From assembly GCA_965153455.1 (NCBI GenBank), contig OZ234494.1:4774001-4838000 (forward strand): a DNA stretch of 64,000 nucleotides, written 5' to 3'. The translations under genes were made by a program, and so were the position numbers. The stretch is from Sphagnum compactum (taxonomy: Eukaryota). Positions 13,486-25,331 of this stretch are shown here, piece by piece (positions within the stretch are counted from its first letter, which is position 1; each line of letters starts with the position of its first letter). The notes below the pieces were generated by a model. The model was not told the DNA's origin and did not search any database. It was given only the letters and a program-made list of their open reading frames with translations.

Positions 13486-15999
13486 ATGGAGTATGTACGC
13501 AATGTGTGCAGTGATATACAGGTGCTGCGTACCATGTGGTTCTCAAAGATAGCCGGTGACACTCACAAGGAGCGCCTGGAATGCTTCTATGGTCCTCAAG
13601 CTCATGCATGTAAGCTTTGTTTCTTGTTATGCTTCTATGTCCTCAAGCTCATGCATGTAATCTGTACATTTCTCTCTCGTTTTTTTGGGGTTTAGGGTTT
13701 AGAACTGCCACCATTGCACTAGTGGAGATATTATGTAGCTATGCGGTCCAGAATTTTTTTTCATTTATTTATTTATTCTTTTGATGGTCGGGCAGGGATT
13801 CCAGGTTTTGTCAGTGATGATTGATAGAGACAATCTTAACCAAATCCAGCAAGCACTTGCATGCTAGATCTTTACATGCGATGGTCATAGCAGCTCCAAT
13901 TAGTTCATTAGGCCAATTGGTTACGTATCTAGAAGTGTGTGGATGAAATGTCTCTCTTTAGACTTGAGCCAACCATGTTGCAGCATGTAAGAGCTTGGAA
14001 GCACATGAAGATGGAAGTCATATGCAAAAAGTTGTGCATGTCACTGACATGTGCTTTGTCATTGTGGCAGTTAGATCAAGATCCTAGAGCTTTTTGATAT
14101 ATGTATAGCAAAAGTAAAATTTATTTTTTCTTTCAATTGATTGGGATGCTCTATTAAGAATAAGTGGAGATGTATACAGATGACCACTTTCGAGCCAGAT
14201 TCTTACATGGGAGAGAGGGAATGCTTAAAGTGTGTGCACAAGAGATGAAAAGGTTGCAAAATCAAGATGGTCTTGTGTGGGTTGACCTTGGAGGGGGAAC
14301 TGGACAAAATGTGGAGACCATGGCTAGGTTTTTTGATATCTCTCAGTTTGAGAAAATATATGTAGTCGACATCTGTGGTCCCCTCTGTGAGATGGCAAGA
14401 AAGAATGTCAAGCAACGTGGGTGGACCAATGTTGAGGTCTTTGAGGCAGATGTTTGTGAATTCAAACCTGAAACGGCACCTGCTACTCTCATTACATTTT
14501 CCTATTCACTTTCCAGTAAGTATACCTCTAGCCATTGCATGACACTAAACCAGTTTATTATATATCTAGGGTTAGGTGTGCTCACCCCTGTGATCAGGCT
14601 GCATGCAGGTGAGGGATGCTGCAAGTCCTTAAGAAAGATGGACTCAATTGGTGTCTACAGGAAACAAAATGGGCTTGGAATCTTTCATTGAGGTCTTAAT
14701 GTGAACCGATGTCAGGAGGATTCTTTGAAACCTTCAATGTATCCATAATAGCATCAACATCGACTAGGAATTTAGCCTGTCTCTGTATGCCTTCGACTTG
14801 GATGCGTGCTTCTACAGGGACAAGCTAGAATGAAATGAAGCTTACCCGCAGAAGCTAGTTGCTGCTTGACTGATGATAATATTGACTTTTTGATTGGCTA
14901 CACATCTTGAGTGCTAGCCAACATCATGACTGAATCTTCCCATTCCTTCTGGAAATGCTACAGATACTCAGGGGACAGATGTTTACCCTAGGTTTTTGAG
15001 CAGATGTATTACTAATCTGTCGATCAAATTAGTATCTACATATCTACACCCACTATTGGGAGCCTTATGACATCAGTAGGGAGTAACTTCAGCCAGTCAC
15101 TGCCATTCATGATGAAGGTGATGGTCTGATACTTGGTGACTGATGCAAGGTTATGACTTACTGTGTTCATTCTTGTTGTGTTTTGGTTGGGTCTGAAATG
15201 ACACAACACTTATTTGGTTACATCACATGTTTTTGTGGAGTTTGTCTCTGCAATCCCTGTGATATTTGAGTGAAACTTGTGATGCTATATAAACAGCTGC
15301 AGCATGGAAAAGTGAACCATCTTAGCAGTTCCCCTTTGGCTTGCAGCATCTTTTGTTCCAGAAATTGCTTTTGGGCTAGACCCTGCTGTGAAATAAAAAC
15401 CCTCTTGTTGCATTGAGTGTCATGAAGAGATCTTCTCCTCAGTAGTAGATAGTAGTGATTGCCCTCCCTGACAGATTCTACTTTTGCATGGACTAGTGAT
15501 TCCTCCATTTTTGGACGCTGTGGACAAAGCTGTGTCCTATCTGGATCCTGCTGTTGGCATTATTGGTGTAGCTGATTTCTTCACTTCATCAAAGTATGAC
15601 TCCCCTGCCCGACAACATAGCTACTTGACTCGCTGGTTTTGGAGATGCATATTTGATCTTGACAATGTTGACCTGGGACCTGAACGGAGGCAATACCTTG
15701 ACCGTGTGTTCAAAAAAGGTAGGTCTTTTTCACCTTAAGAAGGGTAAAAACCTCAGATCTTGTTGATGTAGCACCTTGATTCTTCCTGTTCTTTGGCTTC
15801 TGTGTTTGTCATACCAAGGCATCTAGATATCTTCTTAGATCATTTGGACTGTTGCCAGAAGATATCTGGATTCATTGGATTTTCTGACACTGCCTTGTGG
15901 ATGATGTGTGTAGTATATGAGGAAAACAGGACTGGATACATTCCATATGTGCCACTGCTGAAGGTCCCTTATTACATATGGTTAGGGAGGCTAAATTAA
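13486..15999 (+). CDS. btaB: SAM-dependent N-methyltransferase, BtaB-type domain of betaine lipid (DGTS) synthase BTA1, encoded alone (255 aa, 4 exons)
   Basis: Exons 13486-13609, 14180-14515, 15497-15718 and 15914-15999 are GT-AG and phase-consistent (768 nt). Motifs RLECFYGPQAHAYDHFRARFL, WVDLGGGTG (SAM motif I), ATLITFSYSLSMIPPF, GVADFF, IFDLDNVDLGPERRQYL and IPYVPLLKVPYYIWLGRL match the N-terminal half of Chlamydomonas BTA1 as I recall it. Confidence 0.9.
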
Positions 16000-18900
16000 C
16001 CTGTCAGCATGGACATGATGGGTTCTGCTGAGGAGCAGTGACTGGAGCAGCATGGACAAAAGTCTTCCAAGTGAGTTTTAGGCCTCCTGAGTGCTAAATT
16101 CTTGTGGTGTCAAACAGTCCACTTCAAGCCTTGATAAACTTGAAGATGTTTGGTGGTGTGGATCTCCATCATGAATCAAGACAGTAGCGGAACAGAGTAC
16201 AGTATCAGGTTGTTTCGGCTGTATCATGAGAGTGGTCATTCTTTAGACATTAGTGTTTGCAAGTTGAAACCCTTGTTGGTCACATTGCATTGGCACATGA
16301 AGGTAGTCATGTGCTTGAAGTCAAATGGTGCATTCTCAATTGTGCACAATTATCTAAATTGCAGAATTTTTCTTGTGATTGTGTTGTGTTGGAATTCAGC
16401 CTTTTGCACTACCTTGACCTGAATGCCCTTGTTTTGGTCCCAATTATTTTGTACCCCAGATGTTTGAATAATGATTTGCCTGAAATTTGGGCAGATTATT
16501 ATATACTTACCGTAGGGAGTCATGGCAGCTTGTTGCTGTTATTCATGACAAAGTTGATATGGTGTGATACTTTGTGAGTGGAACTCACTTAGTGTGGGGA
16601 GAGGATTATTTCCTAAAGAGTCAAAGATGGTTTCCCACCAGTTCATTGATTGGAGCCTTCCATGAAAGGACCCAACATCTTTGGTTAATCTCATAAAGAG
16701 ACATGCCAGCCAAATTTTCCAGAATGATGCACATTAGGAAATTGGAACTTAATGTGGAAATGTTGTCAATCTGAAATGAGTTGAATTTTTTTCTTTCTTT
16801 TCTGATAAGTTTACCTCAGTATACATTAGAGGCTTTCACTCCACAACAGGAATGGTGATTGTTTGCTTTAATTGCGGTACATCAATAACTTTAAATTTAT
16901 TTTTTTTTGCTGGGAACAACAATTTTGTTGACACAAGTAACTTCAAAAAACCCATGAGTTTTGCAACATTACGAAGGTGCACACATTATTACAAATGCCA
17001 ACCTTGTTAGGATGTGGTGAATTGTCTATGCTGGACTAAGAATGCAGGCTGCTGTTGAGAATTGAAGCATTTGGAATCTGAAAATGATATGTGACACCTT
17101 TGCTTGCTATGGATATTCCTTGGCTAGGCCATTTATCTGATAAGTGAGTTGCAGGCTTCACTAACACTTGCAGTTGTCCTGGCCACTTTCACTTGAACAA
17201 CACAATTCTCATGCCTTGACATGAAAGAGTCTAATTTTTGACAATGCAGCTTGTTATTTTTCTTGTGATGCAAACTCCAACGGTTCTGTTTGAACTGCAC
17301 AAGTGATCCTGCCACATGGCCACATTTCTAGCTCTTGTTGCGAAGTACTTTTTCAACACCCAAGTATGATCTTTGACCATCATTTTGTGCTTTTGTAAAA
17401 CTTCACTGAGGTTGGTAGCAAAAAAATTCCTCCATTTTCTATGCCACAACCAATCCATGATTTTCTGCTGCAGTTTTCTTGCATGTAAAATAATGGCTGG
17501 ATCAGCTCTACAGGATGCAGTTTACATCATTCACCAGGGTTTTACTCCTAGGAGATGTTATTGTAGCACTACCACATACTTATTCTGTTAAAACACATTC
17601 AGCTCTGAGTTTCTTCTCATAAAAATCTGGGCTTCAGTGGACATTTCTCTCCTGCTTCCTCCCTTTTCACCCATGCATGATTGTCAAGAGAAAGCAAATA
17701 AGGTTCAATGCTAGTTGTTCAGTTCTTAATAAAAGGAAAGAATCAGCTGATACGGAAGTGCAATGTACACCAATATTCTAGTGGGAGAGATATTTGCACA
17801 AGATAAAAGTAGACCAAAACAGAAAGAGACAAGACTTCACAACAGCATAGCAATGTCAAAGAAGGGAAACGGATGTCATGATAGAGAACTTGTAACATTC
17901 CAGCACAAACTCTTGGCATGGTGGCAACATTACAGGGTTACTAGAGATACCACTGAATGTGTTGCTACAAGATTAAATGTAATTCTTCCCAAGGTTGAGG
18001 TTACTAGCCTGATCAGATGAATTCTGGTTTTTTCTTCTATATCATGCACTACTAGATTGGTGCCCAACATTCTTGAACCGAACAAAAGTCACACACTTAA
18101 AACATGCATACAAATATTTCATGTCAAAAAACCATTCGCCTGTAAACCGCAGGATTCCAAGTTCAAAAAGCGAAAAATGAATCTAAAATCAAGCATGGCA
18201 TCAAATTGACAGCCTCCTTTCTTTGGTGTGCAGCTTTGAAATTTTAAAACACAAAAGATGAGACTCTACTAGAGCCATGCTGTGGGATAAACCCCAAAAC
18301 ATGAAAAAGTTAAAACACTTGTTCACATTGAACTGGGTTCAAACAACAAATGAATACTCACTGATAACTAATGCTATGCAGTGAATACTTGACATCTACA
18401 CTAACTTAACCTGGAGGTGTTTATGAGAATGTTTGTGGCTGCAATGTAGACTGGAAATGTATTTCTTTGTGGCTACAAACAGAGTACAATGAGAAGGGTT
18501 AAAAGCCACATCTCTACTGATTGCCATATACATTTTCCCTATCCACCTAACGTGAATTACATGCTAACAAAAGATTAGCTGACTCCATAACTTTTCTCTT
18601 AAATTATAAAACTTTTGTCCTAAAAGCATTAATGATTACCCTTCTAGAGATCTGGTAATCGTCTTTGATGCCACCACTATCCTTCTACAAATGAGGTAGC
18701 GACTTAAGCAATATCAGTGTCGACAGAAACATCACGTGCTTGTTTTTCTACATGAGACAGATGTTCTTCCATCTGAATTTCTCAATGTGCAACTACACAA
18801 TACCTGGTCATAGAAACCTGGTAAAAACCTTCCTTTTGTTGTTGTACCTTCATGAAGCAATCGGAGAGAGCATGATCAACAGTAGGGATGAACAGAATTA

Positions 18901-21277
18901 ACAGTCTCTCTGAGGAACTGTGTAGTCTTTCCGGGTATTCTAGCAAAACCCAAGTCTTAAAGGTTCACAAGTCCTGCGCTTAGAAATAAAATCCTGTCAC
19001 AGGTGAGTTGGGTAATGTGCAGAGGAACACCCATAACAGCAGCATCACTGGGGATCACATGCATATTTGCACACTAGGTAACTCTCAATAATGCATATCC
19101 GAGCTGGAGCTGTCCCCTCTCATCACTTTTTGCCTTGCTCATCCTCCTCGGCATTTCAGCTCCCCTGACTCCTTCACAATGTAACAAAATACATGTAGCT
19201 GATATAGATGTTGTTAAGAGAGATGTCTCAAGATTGTAACAACATGTTTATCAGCTACAGAACACCCATTGTGGGGACACCTGAAGCTTAGATCAGCCCA
19301 TCACCCAAAAGAAATTCATACTTTTGATAGTCAAAAAATAGAATAATTGTAATCTTTCCTTTCAGCTTACTTATATAGGTTATAAAGTAAGCTTTGGCAG
19401 AGTGTACTATCGGGAACAACGTGAGGAACATGTGAGAGCTTGATGAGAAAACATTGTGAACCACCAAAATCCAAAAAATTCCAAAAATCTCACCCCTCCC
19501 CGCCTCCACCCTTTCCTTCTTGAATTTCTACTCTGCCTGCGTTCCTCACCATTCTTGGCCCAGGCTAATGGCAGGGCTGTGGAAGGGTGATGACTATGTT
19601 GTGAGAAGCTAGTCCTACCATGGTTGCTATTCATGATGAGCTTCTAATCTGACCCTTTGTGAGTGCCAATCATAAGTTAATGACAGCACTCATTCTTCAT
19701 GTTCTCATCTGACATGTTCAGCCCCTAACACAAACATTTTATCGATTTTCCCACCACTCTTTTATAGTCTATACACTCCTAATTGATCAATATATATATG
19801 AAATAAACAAAATCTTAAGTCAATTTCACCTATTTCCATGCTTGCTTGACCTTCCATTCATATTTTTTCATTTTTAATGTTAATCGCAACATTTCAAATC
19901 CTTGATATTCACTAAGTGAACTATCAATTTGACTTCCATGAGTGTCGTACCTATATTGATGTCTATGTTTATCCCAATAACACGCCGAATCACAAGGCAT
20001 TCACTTTACTAAAAGTTTATTAATGCTTAATTCAAAAAACCTATATTCATCCTGAGGGAACATAATGGTTTGATATATGATGCCAATGTTGATGATTTTA
20101 ATGAACATTAATAAATACACATGAGTTGGTAACCATCTTTTATATTTTGTTAATCCTTTAGTATAAATAGTTACAATGTCCTTCTCTAACATCCATACCT
20201 TAGTTCCCTGATGAAGTTTAATAAAAATCAATTCTTTCACAACTTTCAATAATTCGTGGAATCGATCTGCAAAGTGATTTCACTTATCTTGTTTTGGCTT
20301 ATTCCTCAAGGTATGTATGAAATCATTGGATGCTCAACCATAGTGGCAATGTTGTCTTAACACTTCCTTTGCTTGTTCCACTATTATAATAATAATTATT
20401 ATTATTTTTACATTTTAAGAATACCATTATAGTGTCAAATTATCTATGTTGTTTCAAATCATTCATCATAAGTGAATAGATTTGTGAAAGTTAACAACCA
20501 ATATGCTCCGTAAACTCAATGGTTCTATTATCAAACTATCCTTTTCTAATATGTATGCTCTCATATTGAACCCTTTTTCCCAATTCCTTTTAGCTAGCAT
20601 TCTATTGATTAATAAATTTAACCAACAAAATTTTAAATCACACTTATACGATTTCGCCCATTCTTGAGTAGAGTTTGAAAATATTGATTTTTTTCATTAT
20701 AATTTCAATGTTGAAAAACCTCTTCAATAGAATGTCAATAGGTTGATATATCTCATTTCCATAATTGCAATGCTAATAAATCTTTTAATTATAATCACAT
20801 TCTACTTGAAGAAGATATTTTGGCATCCATATTTTAACAAGTCTATTAATATCTTGATATTCACACATTCAACCCAATCATTGATATATACAAAATGATA
20901 AGTTGCTAATATTCAAGTTGTTAATATTTGGTCAATTCTAATGAGAATCAACAAGCATACAAGTATTAGAAGCCATTTCATGGCATTTGTCAATTGGGAT
21001 ACATCAATAGCTAAAGTGCAAGCTTTCAAAATTCACACCATTGTATTATTATGAAGCTTTGTAAAAATAATATCCTAAATATTTATCAAAAGTGCTTTAA
21101 ATTGATCAACAAAACAATTTCAATCAGCATTTTTAGGTTGATTTCTTGGTGTTGGTAAGAATTCTTTCTATGTCCAACCATACATACAATGACTTTTAAT
21201 TAATTTGTTAGCATCATATTTGTACACATTCTCAACAATTATTTAATCCCAAGCATTTTGATACTCCTTTTACCTAA

Positions 21278-21544
21278 TGTTATGGACCGACTAGAAACAA
21301 GTGGAGAATTACAAGACAAGACAAGCTTTATTGATCCATCAACTGGTGTTGATCTGCTAAAGGGTTGTTCCCCAGACTATCTTCTTTTATAACCCTGAGC
21401 CATACTAGTCCCAAAATATCCTAGGCCATGATATTGCCAAAAGTATCCCAAAATATCCTAGGCCATGATATTGCCAAAAGTATCCCAAAATATCCTAGGA
21501 CATGACATTGCCAAAAGTATCCCAAAATATCCTAGGCCATGACA
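21278..21544 (-). repeat. 3' LTR (267 bp) containing about 3.6 x 37-bp tandem units (21410-21544)
   Basis: Matches 27082-27348 except at one base (G21499 vs A27303). On the - strand, TATAAAA starts at 21391 and AATAAA is at 21332-21327. Confidence 0.97.
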
Positions 21545-24500
21545 TTATCCTCTCCTCAAGCGACATCTTCTAGATGGAGCCGGTTTGTTAGGATATCGTT
21601 GGTGAAACCGATTAACTAAGTCTTGGGCATGAACTAGGTTTCCAGCAGGCTCCCAAGTAGCTTCAGAAGGAGGATAACCTCGCCAAAAGACAAGGTACAG
21701 GAGCTTTCCACGAATCTTCTTGGAGACCAAGACCTCCTGAACTTCAAACTCTTCTTGGCTTTCAATTTCGACTGGAGCTGGGGGTTCTTGATGACGTTCT
21801 GGGATCGGGTTTTCATGATAGGGCTCAAGTAGAGAGACATGGAAAACATTGTGGATTTTGAACTGGGGTGGAAGCTCCAACTGGCAAGCCACTAGACCAA
21901 CCAATTTGGCGATTTTGAAAGGTCCGAGGCGCTTGTAATCCAACTTGGCACATGGGCGAGTGGTAGCAATGTTCTTTCTGAGAAGCCAGACCTTGTCTCC
22001 AACCTTGAAGTTTGGATGGTCCTTGCGTTGGCGGTCTGCTTGCTTCTTTTGCCACTCCTGTGTTAGCTTGAGTTCTGCCATAAGGTTCTGTTGAACCTGT
22101 CCAAGCCTCGTGGCCCTTTCTTTAGCCGAGGGGTTTACGGAGTCTCCAGGAATTTCAAGGCTGAACCTGGGATGAAAACCGTAATTGGCAAAGAATGGAC
22201 TGATCCCGGTCGATGCATGTGTTGTGTTATTATAAGCAAACTCTGCTTGAGATAGTAGGTCCAGCCAGTCGTCCTGTTGGTAGTTCACAGCGCAGCGAAG
22301 GTATTGCTCGAATGTCTGGTTTGTCCGTTCGGTTTGTCCATCTGTCTTAGGGTGGAAAGCTGAAGATAGCCGAATGTCAACTCCAAGAAGCTCGAATAGA
22401 CGATGCCAGAACTTGGATGCAAACTGAGGACCTCTGTCGGACACAATTTCCTCGGGGAGTCCATGTAGTCGGACGATCCCGTCCAGAATTAACTGAGCTG
22501 TCTCTTCTGCCGTGATTGACTTGGAACAAGGGGTGAAATGGGCCATTTTGGTGAGTCGATCGACCACAACCAGTATTGAATTCTTGGTTCTGACAGTAGG
22601 GAGGTCCGTGATGAAGTCCATTGCAATAGATCCCCAAGGTCGGCTAGGAATCGATAGAGGCTGTAGGAGTCCAAACGGGCGATGCCTGGGAGCCTTGGAT
22701 CGAGCACATGTATCACAAGACTTGACATACTCACGTAGCATCTTGTTCATTTTGGGCCACCAGTAAGTCCTTGACACTAGTTCGTGAGTCCGTGCCATTC
22801 CAAACTGACCTGCCAGGGTGTTGTTGTGGCATTCCCTCAGGATTTTTAGGCGTATAGGTCCTTCGAGTACATAAATTAGGTTATTTCGAAGGAGAAGTCC
22901 GTCTTGCTGCTCAAATTGATCCAAGTCATCACGATTTGGGTTCCTTGGTCGTTCCTGGAGTTCCTTCTTGATGTTGGTAGCCCAGGTGTCTTCCTCAGTT
23001 GCTATCTTGATGTCCCTGACAAGGTATGAGTCTGGGAGGGTGCTGATTGTTGCTGCAACTCGAAATTGCTTGGGGTTGAGTAAAGTCTGGTTCTGCTGAC
23101 CGTAGGCCTCATCCCCCGCTCGAAGTTCATATTCTGAACGACGAGATAGCGCGTCAGCTTTCCCTTGTTGGGTGCCGGGTTGATACTGAATCTCAAAGTC
23201 GAAATCAGCTAGGAAGATAGACCAGCGTGCCTGGCGACGATTTAAGGTACGAGTAGTTGTGAAATAAAGGAGATTTTTGTGATCTGTCAGAACTTGGACT
23301 CGATGTTGAGCTCCGGCAAGATACGGTCTCCACTGCTCGAATGCCGTGATGATTGCCAGGAGTTCCTTATCGTAGACCTGGTAGTTGATTTCGGCACTGG
23401 TTAACTTCCGTGAATAGAAAGCAACTGGATGCAGCAACCCATCTATTCCAAATTAAGATAGAATAGCTCTCAAGGCAAAATCTGAAGCGTCCGTTTCCAC
23501 AATGATGGCTTGGTAGGATTGGGATGTATCAGGATGGGTGCAGAGGTGAATGCCATCTTGAGAGTATCAAAAGCAACCTGGGCCGTTGGATTCCACGAGA
23601 AAGGCTTGTCTTTGCAAGTCAGGGTTATTAACAGTGTTGTGATCTTGGAATAGCCTTTGATAAACCGACGATAGAAGTTGGCAAACCCTAGGAAGCGTTG
23701 AACGTCCTTGACCGAGGATGGAGTAGCCCAACACTGGATGGTCTCGACCTTTGACTTGTCCATGAAAATGCCATCTGGAGAGATCACGTAGCCGAGGAAC
23801 GCCACTGAAGATTTGTCGAATTCACATTTTTCCAACTTGGCGTATAAGCCATGCTCCCGCAGCGTCGCAAGCACCAATCGTACATGTTTGTCGTGGGTTT
23901 CCTGGTCCTTGGAAAAGATTAAAATGTCATTTAAATAGACCACGACAAATTCGTCCATGTAATCCCGGAAGATATCATTCATCAGATGCTGAAAGACTGC
24001 GGGTGCATTGGTGAGGCCGAAGGGCATGACCGTGTATTCGAAGTGGCCATAGCGTGTGCGGAAAGCTGTCTTCCATTCATCACCAGGGCGAATCCTGAGT
24101 AAGTTGTAGGCTCCACGGAGGTCAAGCTTGGTGAAGATCTTCCCGGTACGTAGTCGATCTAGGAGACCTGAAATCAAGGGCAAAGGATATCGATTCTTTT
24201 TGGTTATCTTGTTGAGTCCACGATAATCCACACAAAGTCGAAGGGAGCCATCCTTCTTCTTGACAAACAAAATTGGGGCGCCGGCTGGAGACTTGGAATG
24301 CTGAATGAACCCCTTGGCAAGATTTTCAGTAAGGTAATCACGCAGGGCTTGGAGTTCCGGTTCCGATAGGCCATAGATAGGATCAAAGGGTGGTGACTGT
24401 CCTTCTTCTAGATCAATCGGGCAGTCATATGGACTATGGGCGGGGAGCTGATCAGCATTAATCTTTTAAAAAACATCAACAAAGTCCTTGTACTTCTTGG

Positions 24501-25302
24501 GAAGTTTGACAGGTGTTGGTTCCGATTGGGGGTTTGTGGTGTTGGCTGGGTTGACATGGATGGCGAAGACTTGAAGATTCTTAGCAGCCCGATAGAAAGG
24601 GACAGCTCTATCAACGAAGATCTGGACACGGTTGGTTTTTTGGGCAGAATTCTTGACAAGATTCTTGACAGGACAAGGTTTCGTTCTGACCAATCGGGGG
24701 TTCTTGACTGCAGGATTTGACATAATAGACTTGATAAAACTGGAATTGGTTCCGACCCTCTTTGGGTTCTCGACCACAGGGTTCTTGGCAGGACTGGACA
24801 AAGTGTTTTTCTGAGCGTGGGGTTCTTGAGAGGTGCATCGTTGTGCGCTGAAGGTGAGGGTTCTAGATCGCCAATCAATGATAGGGTTGTGTGCTTCTAG
24901 CCAAGGCAGACCAAGGATGATGGGATGGTGAGGGGTGGAAATGATGTTGAGAACAATCTTCTCCGTGTGCTTACCGATACAGAGTTCTAGAGGGGTTGTC
25001 TCGTGTGTGATTGCACCAGAAGCAATGGTTCTCCCATCAATAACCTCTACCGGAACAGGGGTTGACTTCTTGACCACAGGGATGTTGTGTTGGACGACAA
25101 ATGTTTGGTCGATGAAAGAAGAGGTGGCGCCGAAGTCCACCAAAGCTGACACTTGTGGTATGTCTTCTGGAATACGAATGATGTCCACATACTGAGTGAA
25201 ACTGGGACTGGGACCAACAGCGGAACAGGATCCTTTGCAAAGGTGGTGTTGGGTGAGATCCAGTCGCACGGCTCTAACTGTGACTGGATGTTCTTGTTTT
25301 CC
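21545..25302 (-). pseudogene. pol: Retrotransposon pol (PR-RT-RNase H-integrase-chromodomain), disrupted
   Basis: PR ALVD[F][36 protein letters not shown][N][11 protein letters not shown] and YDKELLAI; IN MDFIT / SDRGPQF / DGQTERTN; chromodomain EEFEVQEVL..YLVFWRGYPPSEATWEP. In-frame stops at 24466-24468 and 23453-23455, and a 1-bp deletion near 23505. Confidence 0.95.
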
Positions 25303-25331
25303 AACTCCTGGGGAGTTTCCAGAGCTTGTAC

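Noticed and set aside
2422-15999. CYP704B plus BtaB methyltransferase as a biosynthetic gene cluster
   Set aside because: They belong to unrelated known lipid pathways, lie 7 kb apart across decayed repeats, and nothing in the sequence suggests co-regulation.
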